64,000 nt of DNA. Origin: Pseudomonadota bacterium. GTDB taxonomy: Bacteria > Bdellovibrionota > Bdellovibrionia > Bdellovibrionales > Bdellovibrionaceae. Made by a program: the position numbers and the translations under genes. The notes beneath the pieces were generated by a model. The model was not told the DNA's origin, did not search any database, and saw nothing but the letters and a program-made list of their open reading frames with translations. This document shows positions 55,168 to 64,000 of the stretch, piece after piece; position 1 is the first letter of the stretch, and each line of letters opens with the position of its first letter. The DNA lies in assembly GCA_041178425.1 (NCBI GenBank), contig JBEGVH010000030.1, positions 1 through 64,000 on the forward strand, read 5' to 3'.

Positions 55168-57621
55168 ATGAGCGAGACAAATAAAAAAAATAACCTGCTC
55201 CCCCTGTTACCCCTTCGGGATCTAATTATTTTCCCCCACATGATGATGCCTCTGTTTGTTGGAAGAGAAAAAAGCATCAGTGCCCTCGAAGAGGCCATGA
55301 GCAAGCAAACAGATATTGTTTTAGCGGCCCAGAGAGACGCTAAAACCAACAACCCAGACCCTAAAGATATCTACGATATCGGAACGGTTGGCACCATTAT
55401 TCAACTTTTACGACTTCCCGATGGAACCGTGAAGGTTTTGGTCGAAGGCAAGCGCCGAGTTCTCATTAAAACCTACCAATCCACGGAGCCCTTCTTTCGC
55501 GTTGAGGTAGAGCCCATCGAAGAAGCTGTGGGCAGTAAGCTTGAGGCCCAAGCTCTTGTTAGGTCTGTGAAGGGCACCTTCGAAACCTATGTTAAGCTCA
55601 ATAAGCGAATTCCACCTGAAATTCTCATGCGGGTGTCTACGATTGAAAGCGAAGGCGAACTGGCCGACATCATCGTTGCTCAGCTCAACCTGAAGATCGA
55701 AGAAAAGCAAAAAGTTCTCGAAATCTTCGATCCTGCTAAGCGACTTGAACACCTACTAAACCTCATGACGGGCGAAATCGAAATTCTTGAGGTTGAACGC
55801 AAAATCCGCAGCCGTGTTAAAAAGCAAATGGAGAAGTCGCAGAAAGAGTATTATTTGAATGAGCAAATGCAGGCCATTCAAAAAGAACTCGGCGAAAAAG
55901 ACGACTATCAGGCTGAGCTTCAAGAACTCGAAGAAAAAACTAAAGCCAAAAAAATGAGTAAAGAGGCAAAAGATAAAGTTAATAAGGAGATCAAGAAGTT
56001 AAAAATGATGTCTCCGATGAGCGCCGAGGCGACTGTTGTTAGAAACTACATCGACTGGGTTCTTTCTTTGCCTTGGTTTGAGTATTCAGAGGACCGCCAC
56101 GATGTTAGAGAAGCTGAAAGAATTCTTGATCATGATCACTGGGGTCTTGAAAAGGTAAAAGAAAGAATCACTGAGTTTCTTTCAGTTCTATCTCTATCTA
56201 AAAATTTAAAAGGGCCAATTCTTTGCCTTGTTGGACCTCCCGGGGTTGGTAAAACCTCTTTAGCCCGCTCGATTGCCCAAGCCCTCAACCGCCCTTTTGC
56301 CCGCATTTCACTGGGTGGTGTACGCGATGAGGCTGAGATCCGTGGTCATCGAAAAACCTATGTAGGTGCGATGCCTGGCAAAATCTTGCAAGCTCTTCGA
56401 AAGGTCGACCGTGGCAACCCTCTCGTGTTGCTCGACGAAATCGATAAAATGGCCTCTGATTTCCGCGGTGATCCGGCGTCGGCCATGCTCGAGGTTCTTG
56501 ATCCGGAACAAAACCATACCTTTCAAGATCATTACTTAGAACTGGATTATGATTTATCGAAGGTTATGTTCATTGCAACGGCGAACACTCTTCACTCGGT
56601 CCCTCGCCCGCTCTTGGATCGTATGGAGATCATTAGCCTTGAAGGTTATACCGAAACTGAAAAGTTCCACATTGCCAAGAACTACCTGGTGCCGAAGCAA
56701 ATCGAAGCTCACGGACTTAAAGACCGCAAAGTGGAGTTTCAAGATCAAACCATCAGAAATGTCATTCGCTTTTACACCAGAGAAGCAGGCGTTCGTAATC
56801 TTGAACGACAATTTGCCAACGTCAGCAGAAAAGTGGCACGTGATATCGTCAAGGCCGACATGGTTGCCGAAGGTAAAAAAGGCAAAAAACAATCTGCCTC
56901 TATCCAAAAATATATTGTGACCCCTAAAAAACTCGTCGAGCTTTTGGGGCCGCACAAATATAAGTTTGGAATCATCGAAGAAAAGAATGAGATTGGCCTC
57001 ACCAATGGAATGGCGTGGACTGAAGTGGGCGGAGACCTCCTTGCTGTCGAAGTGAGTGTTGTTCCGGGACGAGGTAAATTCACCATCACGGGTCAACTCG
57101 GCGATGTCATGAAGGAATCTTGTACTGCAGCGATGAGCTATGTTCGTTCGCGCGGCCCTCTTTTTGATCTCGATAAAGAGTACTTCCAAAATATCGACGT
57201 GCACATCCACTTGCCAGAGGGCGCCGTTCCCAAAGATGGTCCTTCAGCAGGTATTGCTTTAACCACAAGTATTGTTTCAGCCATCACTAAAATTCCTGTA
57301 AAACGCATGGTTGCAATGACAGGCGAGATTTCTCTGCGAGGAAAGGTGCTTCCGATTGGCGGCCTTAAAGAGAAAGTATTAGCCGCTCATCGCGGTGGTA
57401 TCAAAATTGTGATTTGCCCTAAAGAAAACGAAAAAGATCTTAAGGATATTCCAAAAGAAATTCTTAAAGATTTAAAAGTTATCTTGGTGGATCATGTTGA
57501 TCAAGTTTTGGTCAACGCCCTTGATATCAAAAATGCCAAAGAAGTTTTCAAAAGCCGCGGCGGTGCCGACAGTGGCTTAAAAGCACAATACACAGGGCAA
57601 TCAGTCCACACGACTCACTAA
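55168..57621 (+). CDS. lon: Lon protease
   Basis: LPLRD N-domain, [37 protein letters not shown]. Confidence 0.97.
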   Translation: MSETNKKNNLLPLLPLRDLIIFPHMMMPLFVGREKSISALEEAMSKQTDIVLAAQRDAKTNNPDPKDIYDIGTVGTIIQLLRLPDGTVKVLVEGKRRVLIKTYQSTEPFFRVEVEPIEEAVGSKLEAQALVRSVKGTFETYVKLNKRIPPEILMRVSTIESEGELADIIVAQLNLKIEEKQKVLEIFDPAKRLEHLLNLMTGEIEILEVERKIRSRVKKQMEKSQKEYYLNEQMQAIQKELGEKDDYQAELQELEEKTKAKKMSKEAKDKVNKEIKKLKMMSPMSAEATVVRNYIDWVLSLPWFEYSEDRHDVREAERILDHDHWGLEKVKERITEFLSVLSLSKNLKGPILCLVGPPGVGKTSLARSIAQALNRPFARISLGGVRDEAEIRGHRKTYVGAMPGKILQALRKVDRGNPLVLLDEIDKMASDFRGDPASAMLEVLDPEQNHTFQDHYLELDYDLSKVMFIATANTLHSVPRPLLDRMEIISLEGYTETEKFHIAKNYLVPKQIEAHGLKDRKVEFQDQTIRNVIRFYTREAGVRNLERQFANVSRKVARDIVKADMVAEGKKGKKQSASIQKYIVTPKKLVELLGPHKYKFGIIEEKNEIGLTNGMAWTEVGGDLLAVEVSVVPGRGKFTITGQLGDVMKESCTAAMSYVRSRGPLFDLDKEYFQNIDVHIHLPEGAVPKDGPSAGIALTTSIVSAITKIPVKRMVAMTGEISLRGKVLPIGGLKEKVLAAHRGGIKIVICPKENEKDLKDIPKEILKDLKVILVDHVDQVLVNALDIKNAKEVFKSRGGADSGLKAQYTGQSVHTTH

Positions 57622-57640
57622 AAAAAATCGATAAACCCTT

Positions 57641-57680
57641 AAAACGCCTCTGAAAAGCTCATTCAGAGGCGTTTTTTTTT
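57641..57680 (+). terminator. Rho-independent terminator after lon
   Basis: aaaacgcctctgaa-aagctca-ttcagaggcgtttt plus T tract. Confidence 0.88.
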
Positions 57681-57915
57681 GAGTTTTCTTCGATTCCTCT
57701 TTTGCTTTTTCGCCCAACGAGCGCCCCCTGAATAATTTGCCACAAGGTGCCAGATTGCCCATTTAGGGAAGTCTTCATTTGGCATCCAACCCAATATGAT
57801 GCTTGAATAGAGCGCTCAACGAGATGCTTAACTTTTGGGAATTCATTGACGTTTCAGTAAGAATCTGTAAAACCTGATTCCCTCACTGAGAGAATTTGTG
57901 ACTTTTAGAGGAACC

Positions 57916-59013
57916 ATGGGCGAAACACAACACACCTTCGAAATAGGACGGTTATATTTTGATCGGGGTGATTTCCATTTGGCTATTCCTCAGCTTAAAG
58001 AAGCGGCACATATCTATTTTACTAACCGTGATTTCAGTGAATATCTTAAATGCCAAAATCTTCTGTTACGTATGTATGCAGAAAGAGAAAATTTCGACGA
58101 AATTAACTCTACCAAAGAAATTCTCCAAGACCTCGTACTCAAAGAGGGCTTTGAGCTGAACGCAAAAACCTATTACACCTTGGCTTTATGTGCTTCTTAT
58201 AAAGGCCAACACGAAACAGCTCTTGAATACTTACAAAAATCGCTCTCGATCGCTCTCGCTACCGATAATAAACTCGACATGTGCTATGCCATTTGTGGCC
58301 TTGCGATTTGCTACAACATGCTTGGGCGACACACTGATGCGCTTCGAGAGATTTACAATCTTCAAGTTTTCTTTCAGGTGATTGATTTGCCTGACCTGAA
58401 AATGTCAGCACAAATTGTTAACGGAAAAATCTTTCGTAGCCTCAAAAAACACGATGAAGCTCTCGTTATTTTTTGGTCTTGCTACGAAGTTTTAAAAAGC
58501 TCTAAGAGCCTCCTTTACTATATTAATATTCTCTATGAATTAGGTCTCACTTATCTTGAGTTGGGCGATAAAAACCTAGCAAAGACCTATTTGCAGTTGG
58601 CCATTAAGTCTGTGGATCCTGATAATATGCGATTCGTTTATCGAAACTTAAAAGAATTGTTGGCAAAAATTGGTGTCAACGAAACTCAAGACTACGACTT
58701 GATCTTTGACAGTGAGCACAACACAGTCATTGAAAATAAAATCGGCAAAGTGGATTTTAAAAATCAGTTTATTTTGCTCGATTTATTAAAGCTCTTTTTA
58801 ATGAATCCAGGGCAAATCTTTTCTAAAGAAACACTCGTCGAAGAGATTTGGCACCAACCCTACGATCCAGCCGTTCACGATAATAAAATATATGTAACGA
58901 TTAAACGTCTTAGAAAAATGATCGAGCCAGACTTTGATAAACCAAAGTATATCTTTCGCTCTAAAAATGGCTACTTTTTGAATAAGACCGTTAAAGTTTT
59001 AATGGATCAATGA
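57916..59013 (+). CDS. TPR protein with C-terminal OmpR-type winged-helix DNA-binding domain
   Basis: N-terminal TPRs; FSKETLVEEIW...IYVTIKRLRKMIEPD...YI...GY; ATG at 57916 after GAGGA. Confidence 0.82.
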   Translation: MGETQHTFEIGRLYFDRGDFHLAIPQLKEAAHIYFTNRDFSEYLKCQNLLLRMYAERENFDEINSTKEILQDLVLKEGFELNAKTYYTLALCASYKGQHETALEYLQKSLSIALATDNKLDMCYAICGLAICYNMLGRHTDALREIYNLQVFFQVIDLPDLKMSAQIVNGKIFRSLKKHDEALVIFWSCYEVLKSSKSLLYYINILYELGLTYLELGDKNLAKTYLQLAIKSVDPDNMRFVYRNLKELLAKIGVNETQDYDLIFDSEHNTVIENKIGKVDFKNQFILLDLLKLFLMNPGQIFSKETLVEEIWHQPYDPAVHDNKIYVTIKRLRKMIEPDFDKPKYIFRSKNGYFLNKTVKVLMDQ

Positions 59014-59026
59014 CATTGAGGAAATT

Positions 59027-59590
59027 ATGAAGAAACTATTTATAGTCACTCTGTTTTTAAATTTGATGATTTCTTTTGTGCCGATTCTTAGCAGCGTATC
59101 GCATGCCCAGGTGAACCCATGGCCATGGGCGAAGCCACTCCCCTTTCCGTGGGATAGCATTGAAGGCACATGGTCTGAGTCAAACACACTCTACGCTCTT
59201 TCCTTCAAGGTAGTTTCTAATAGCTGGGGTTCTCGTCACATTCGAATCAAGCAAATCGACCCGTATAACAACCGCGTGATTGCCCAAGGGGTTGGATACG
59301 AAAATTCTGAAGGCATCGTAGTTGCGGGAATGACCGGTGGTCAGAAACAGCAATTTTTACTTACCATTCGACTTCTTCAGCGAGTTCACTGCTGGGATAA
59401 GCGAAATGTCACCGGTGTGACCATGGAAACTTATGATCACAAACTGATTAGCCACTTTGAAATTCACAAAATAAAAGAAATACCCTTGACTACTCTGAAC
59501 CATCAAGACTATACCAGGTCCCAGCCCGAAACGGTTAACTTTGAACCTACTTGCTGGTGGGATGAAGAGGCCAAACGGAATACTCTATAG
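59027..59590 (+). CDS. Exported hypothetical protein
   Basis: GAGG RBS; signal peptide ending SHA; mature N-terminus QVNPWPWAKPLPFPWDSIEGTW. Confidence 0.7.
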   Translation: MKKLFIVTLFLNLMISFVPILSSVSHAQVNPWPWAKPLPFPWDSIEGTWSESNTLYALSFKVVSNSWGSRHIRIKQIDPYNNRVIAQGVGYENSEGIVVAGMTGGQKQQFLLTIRLLQRVHCWDKRNVTGVTMETYDHKLISHFEIHKIKEIPLTTLNHQDYTRSQPETVNFEPTCWWDEEAKRNTL

Positions 59591-59664
59591 GGAGTTAGCT
59601 CAGTTGGTAGAGCGCCACCCTTACAAGGTGGATGTCGCAGGTTCGAATCCTGTACTCCCTACCA
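59589..59664 (+). tRNA. tRNA-Val(TAC)
   Basis: 76-nt cloverleaf: AGGGAGT/ACTCCCT acceptor stem, GCTC/GAGC D arm, CCACC-CTTACAA-GGTGG anticodon arm, TTCGAAT T loop, encoded CCA. Confidence 0.97.
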
Positions 59665-59675
59665 AATACAAAATT

Positions 59676-59705
59676 AAAAACCCAGTGGAAACACTGGGTT
59701 TTTTT
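59676..59705. terminator. Bidirectional terminator between tRNA-Val and rpoN
   Basis: aaaaa-cccagtg-gaaa-cactggg-ttttttt. Confidence 0.88.
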
Positions 59706-59734
59706 ATTTCTAGATCTTTAAATCTGATCCTTCT

Positions 59735-61171
59735 CTAGAAAGCTTTCTTACGACGACTCGATGGTAAAATACGTAGAAGATCACGGTATTTTGCGACGGT
59801 TCGACGAGCAATAACAAGACCATCTTTTTTGAGCAAATCCACGATTTGTTGATCTGATAGAGGCTTCTTTGCGTCTTCTTTTGCTACTAGATCTTTAATT
59901 TTTAGCTTCACCGCTTCGCTTGCCAAAGCGTCTCCATCCGAACTGCTAATGCCTGAGTTAAAGAAATATTTGAGCTCAAAAATTCCCTGCGGAGTATGAA
60001 CGTATTTACTCGTGGTAACTCTCGACACCGTTGATTCGTGCATACCAATATCGTTGGCGATGTCTCGCAAAATCATTGGCTTTAGAAACGCTGGCCCCTT
60101 ATCAAAGAAATCTCTCTGATGCTTTACCAGACTCTCCGTCACTTTAAAGATTGTGCGGTTTCGCTGGTGGATCGATTTAATCAACCAAATCGCCGACCTA
60201 AGCTTATCTTGAATATAGTCTTGAGCTTTAGGGTCTTTTTGACTACCAATCGCGCCCTTCATAACGTTCTTATAAAGATTAGAGACCCGCAAACGCGGCA
60301 AACCATCATCATTGAGAGACACCAGATAATCGTCTCCGACTTTGTAGACGTAGACGTCAGGGGTGACATAGTGAGTGTCGTGAATAGCATAACCACGACC
60401 TGGCTTAGGCTCCATATTATAAATGATCTTACACATATCGTGAACGTCTTCGACCGTGAGGTTCATTGACTTGGCGATGGCGTCATAGTGCTTCTTCTCA
60501 AGATCTTTTACGTGATTCGAAATCAAATAAACAAGGTCATTGGTATCTTCTTCAAGGTGACGAGCCTGAATTAAAAGACACTCCTTGAGATCTCGAGCGC
60601 CTACTCCCGGCGGGTCAAACTCCTGAATGAAGGGCAAAACGTCATTGAGTTCTTCGACGGGAATTTTTTCATCTTCGGCAATTTGCTCAAAGGGTGTTTT
60701 AATATAACCATCGTCATCAATGTAATTGACGAGAATCACGGCTACTTTTTCTTCTTCGTCATTGAACCCCGCCATTTTTACCTGCCACATGAGGTAATCA
60801 TAGAGTGTCTGCTGGGCAGTAATGACGTTTTCGTAGTTCATTATTTCTTCAGAACCCATATTGCTTTGTTGCTGAATGGGTTTTGAATTGGCTTCGTAGT
60901 AGTTATCCCAATTAAAGTCTTCTTCTCGATTGAGATCGTTCTCTGATTGCTCTTGAACTTTTTCGACCTCACCCGCCGCTTCTTTTACGGCCTTTACATC
61001 CTCTTCTTTGAGCTCAACAACTTCTTCTAAAATAGGATTTTCTTCGAGTTCTTTACGAACAGCTGTTTCAAGTTCCATACGAGACAGTTGAAGCAACTTA
61101 ATGGCTTGTTGTAGCTGAGGAGTCATTCTCAGCGTCTGTTGCATTGATAACGTTTGCCCGAGCTTAGCCAT
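59735..61171 (-). CDS. rpoN: RNA polymerase sigma-54 factor
   Basis: MTPQLQQAIKLLQL, HESTVSR, RpoN box ARRTVAKYR. Confidence 0.97.
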   Translation of the reverse strand: MAKLGQTLSMQQTLRMTPQLQQAIKLLQLSRMELETAVRKELEENPILEEVVELKEEDVKAVKEAAGEVEKVQEQSENDLNREEDFNWDNYYEANSKPIQQQSNMGSEEIMNYENVITAQQTLYDYLMWQVKMAGFNDEEEKVAVILVNYIDDDGYIKTPFEQIAEDEKIPVEELNDVLPFIQEFDPPGVGARDLKECLLIQARHLEEDTNDLVYLISNHVKDLEKKHYDAIAKSMNLTVEDVHDMCKIIYNMEPKPGRGYAIHDTHYVTPDVYVYKVGDDYLVSLNDDGLPRLRVSNLYKNVMKGAIGSQKDPKAQDYIQDKLRSAIWLIKSIHQRNRTIFKVTESLVKHQRDFFDKGPAFLKPMILRDIANDIGMHESTVSRVTTSKYVHTPQGIFELKYFFNSGISSSDGDALASEAVKLKIKDLVAKEDAKKPLSDQQIVDLLKKDGLVIARRTVAKYRDLLRILPSSRRKKAF

Positions 61172-61183
61172 GTATGCCCTTTC

Positions 61184-61906
61184 TCAAAGCTTAAAGTTTT
61201 CGCCCAGATAATACTTTCTGGCGAATTCACTTTCAGTCACGGTAACAGGTGTACCTTCTACTTGAATCTTACCATCTTTTAACAAATATGCATAATCACA
61301 AATTCCGAGGGTCTCACGAACGTTGTGGTCGGTGATGAGAATTCCAATATTTCTAGACTTAAGTGTACGTATAATATTTTGAATGTCGTTAACCGCAATG
61401 GGATCAATACCGGCAAAAGGTTCGTCAAGTAGCAAAAACTTAGGCGCTCCGGCGAGCGCACGAGCGATTTCTACACGACGTCGCTCACCACCCGACAGAG
61501 AGTAAGCTAGACTCATTCGTATATGATCAATACTAAAGTCGTTGAGGAGTTCTTCAAGTCGCTCGTGTCTACGAGCACCAGTATAGCCTTGGGCCTCTAA
61601 AGCCACGAGAATATTTTCTTCGACGGTAAGCTTACGAAAGATACTAGGTTCTTGAGCAAGATAACTCAAACCCCGCCTTGCCCTCTTGTACATAGGAAAA
61701 CTAGTGAGATCCTCTTCATCGAGTATGATCTGACCTTGGTCTGGGCTTACAATTCCAACCACCATATAAAAACTGGTTGTTTTACCAGCTCCGTTCGGTC
61801 CTAATAACCCGACCACTTGACCCGACTCCACCTTAAAATTAACGTCGGTGACCACCTGTCTCTTTTTGTAAGCTTTCGCCAAATGGGCGGCTGTCAACAA
61901 ACTCAC
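61184..61906 (-). CDS. lptB: LPS export ABC transporter ATPase
   Basis: [47 protein letters not shown]. Confidence 0.96.
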   Translation of the reverse strand: MSLLTAAHLAKAYKKRQVVTDVNFKVESGQVVGLLGPNGAGKTTSFYMVVGIVSPDQGQIILDEEDLTSFPMYKRARRGLSYLAQEPSIFRKLTVEENILVALEAQGYTGARRHERLEELLNDFSIDHIRMSLAYSLSGGERRRVEIARALAGAPKFLLLDEPFAGIDPIAVNDIQNIIRTLKSRNIGILITDHNVRETLGICDYAYLLKDGKIQVEGTPVTVTESEFARKYYLGENFKL

Positions 61907-62868
61907 TTTATCTCCTTGTCTTCTTCAACCCGTGCTCGAATATTTTCAATGCGAACTTTTTTTCCGCCGTCGAGAAAGGTGATTTGCTCTCCCTTAATTT
62001 CATCCGCTCCCTGAATAACCCGAGGAGAACCTCGAAAAACGTAACGATCCTCAGAAACATCAATCTGGAGATTTTCGGCTGTGGCTTTTTTCTCAACATC
62101 TGAAACCTGCACTCCCCCATTTACTACAATCGCTTTAGGAACATCGGTTCCGCTCTTGTAGGCAAATAGCGCTTCAGGCCCTTGAACAGAGAAGGTGTCA
62201 TAATCCATATTTACTGTGTTGTAGAAACGTACCATATTTGAACGACCACTGAGTTGAGCTTTTTGACTACGAATCTTCAAAATCTTTCCGTTAGAAAGCT
62301 GTCTTTCAGCAACGACTGCACTTTCAATATTCATTAAACTATTTTCGAGAAAAGTCGTTATACCGACTCCTCGGAGCTTTAAACGTTGCCCCGATTGATC
62401 TTTGGGCCCACCAAGACTCAAGGCTTCTGGAGCACTCAGAACCTTTGATTTAGAGCGATAATGTAGTGCCGGTGTGGCTAATTCATAACCGTTAGTAGAT
62501 TGGGTCGAGACGTTTCCCACCACATCGATGTCTTTGGAGCCAACATCAATCTGCCCTCGTTCGCCCTGAACAACATAGGAATCACCCGTCGAAGCATAGA
62601 AGATGACTTTTACTTTTTGGAGGTTCCAAACACCTTGGCCAATAAAACCTTCGGCGGCCTCAGCAAAAAGCTCCCACTCCTTTGATGAACCAAGGCCCTC
62701 AACCAAATGAACCCGTTCCATTTTTTGATCGGCCCGATGCTCAATCATTTCTCGTTTAGGCGTAGTCGTTTCTTTTTTTTCAAGAAACTGTGCTCCAATA
62801 AGGAGAACCTCAACAAAGAAGGCAAGGATCAGTAAATAAAATGTGATTTTTTGTAAAACTATAGCCAT
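61903..62868 (-). CDS. lptC: LptC-like protein with an additional LptA/OstA-like region
   Basis: N-terminal TM helix, beta-jellyroll-type sequence, C-terminal [17 protein letters not shown]; directly upstream of lptB. Confidence 0.75.
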   Translation of the reverse strand: MAIVLQKITFYLLILAFFVEVLLIGAQFLEKKETTTPKREMIEHRADQKMERVHLVEGLGSSKEWELFAEAAEGFIGQGVWNLQKVKVIFYASTGDSYVVQGERGQIDVGSKDIDVVGNVSTQSTNGYELATPALHYRSKSKVLSAPEALSLGGPKDQSGQRLKLRGVGITTFLENSLMNIESAVVAERQLSNGKILKIRSQKAQLSGRSNMVRFYNTVNMDYDTFSVQGPEALFAYKSGTDVPKAIVVNGGVQVSDVEKKATAENLQIDVSEDRYVFRGSPRVIQGADEIKGEQITFLDGGKKVRIENIRARVEEDKEIK

Positions 62869-62947
62869 CGCATTTACGTCCTCCCCTCGGCTTTATTTTC
62901 CGAAGGGATTCAGTAAATTGCAATGCTCCTTGCGGAGCGGTTAGCAC

Positions 62948-63538
62948 CTATTTTTTGTCTTGTGGGCGTTGAAGGACAGCAAAATTGATTTCGCCCGCAC
63001 CTGCCTCGGTGAGGGTAAAAAGGATCTTTTTAACAGTTAGAAAATCGGTTTCTTTGTCGGCTTGAACCGTAATTTTCTTCCAAGGCTCAAGAACCTGCTG
63101 CTCAGCCATTTCTTCGGGCTTCAAAGCTGTTCTAACATCTTTTAAAACACCTTCTTTATCAGCCTTAAGTTTTGCCTCAGCTAGAGATTTTTGCGCCTCT
63201 ACGAAGAGCGACTGAATCATCCAGTCTTTCTGGGCCTTGATCGCTTCTACCTTTTCAGTGATTGGCCGGTCATCAATAAGCACGCCAGAAGCTGAAACTG
63301 TAACGATAATAGATGGCTTTAACTCTTTTATGACCTCAGCTTTTGGAAGGATTAGATCCTTAGGAATATTAACAACGAGCCCTTCCGTATTGTAGTTCTG
63401 AAGAAGGAATATAACGAGAACCGTGAACATATCAACCATTGCTGTCAAAGATAGCAGGGCGGTCACTTCACGCTTCCCTTTTTTGCGACTAAGAAGCCTA
63501 TGATTTCTAAATTTTTCGCCGGGAGCATAAATAGCCAT
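62948..63538 (-). CDS. ExbD/TolR family protein (AglS-like)
   Basis: LSLTAMVDMFTVLVIFLL TM helix with the conserved Asp; QADKETDF..VKKIL. Confidence 0.85.
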   Translation of the reverse strand: MAIYAPGEKFRNHRLLSRKKGKREVTALLSLTAMVDMFTVLVIFLLQNYNTEGLVVNIPKDLILPKAEVIKELKPSIIVTVSASGVLIDDRPITEKVEAIKAQKDWMIQSLFVEAQKSLAEAKLKADKEGVLKDVRTALKPEEMAEQQVLEPWKKITVQADKETDFLTVKKILFTLTEAGAGEINFAVLQRPQDKK

Positions 63539-64000
63539 TAGATACCTCCTGAAGCGACGCTGATTTTAGGAAAACCAGACTTCAACATAATATCCATTCC
63601 GGTGATCAGATGGTCAAACGCCAATAAGTCGTCCATTGCAACCATTGCATCAAGCTTGTCAGGAAATAACAACTTTGCCTGATCCAACATTTCTTTTAAA
63701 GCCACCGTATCAAAAGCTTCACCCTGACGAGCAATAAGTTTCTGATCTCGGCCAATGGTTACAAAATATCCGTCTTGACGAATATCAACTCGAACAACTT
63801 TATCCATGTCTGGAGTCAATGGAACCGACTGGTCTCCAGACTTTTTGGAGTAGAGAGAACTACCAATTTGAATCATCGAAACTTGAGTCCAAACTGCCGT
63901 AATCAGCAAGAATGTAATGAGAACGCTCATCAGATCGATAAATGGAACGAGATTAAGTTCTAAACTCGTTCGTCGTCCCGATCCGCCGCTTTCTATGTGA
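63538..64000 (-). CDS. ExbD/TolR family protein, start just outside the window
   Basis: Frame open to the window edge: HIESGGSGRRTSLELNLVPFIDLMSVLITFLL. Confidence 0.85.
   Translation of the reverse strand, partial: HIESGGSGRRTSLELNLVPFIDLMSVLITFLLITAVWTQVSMIQIGSSLYSKKSGDQSVPLTPDMDKVVRVDIRQDGYFVTIGRDQKLIARQGEAFDTVALKEMLDQAKLLFPDKLDAMVAMDDLLAFDHLITGMDIMLKSGFPKISVASGGI

Noticed and set aside
59589..59664. tRNA-Val as an integration site for a genomic island
   Set aside because: No integrase was recognised and no duplicated tRNA 3' end was noticed; the flanks are core genes.

Overview
A 64-kb, gene-dense bacterial chromosomal segment, most likely from a predatory Bdellovibrionota (Bdellovibrionales-like) genome. 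That assignment is inferred from the short 277-aa flagellin, pepA divergent from clpP-clpX-lon, the exbD-exbD-lptC-lptB-rpoN order and the RCC1-repeat lipoprotein. Core content: an OmpR-type regulator fragment, yacG, HU, pfkA, livK(J)HMGF, an SNF2 ATPase, an FAD oxidoreductase, LemA/TPM, cutA, pyrE, a long phenylalanine hydroxylase, a flagellar locus (flaG, fliC / fliD, fliS, fliT-like) followed by a TPR and two GT9 glycosyltransferase genes, rsmD-coaD-aminotransferase, pepA, clpPX-lon, tRNA-Val(TAC), rpoN, lptB, lptC and two ExbD/TolR genes. No CRISPR array, rRNA, transposase, integrase or prophage gene was recognised. The most unusual items are: (1) a stand-alone circularly permuted ATP-grasp ligase carrying an apparent signal peptide; (2) a co-oriented trans-envelope cluster of RCC1/LamG lipoprotein, CHASE2 adenylate cyclase, FecR protein with a long charged linker and TPR/beta-barrel protein, two of whose genes share an identical sigma28-type motif; (3) a histidine kinase whose phosphoacceptor His is replaced by Glu; (4) a recurrent GTCTCA-N3-TGAGAC-like palindrome and sigma54-type promoters upstream of exported-protein genes. 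All product calls come from motif recognition by eye; no database searches were run.
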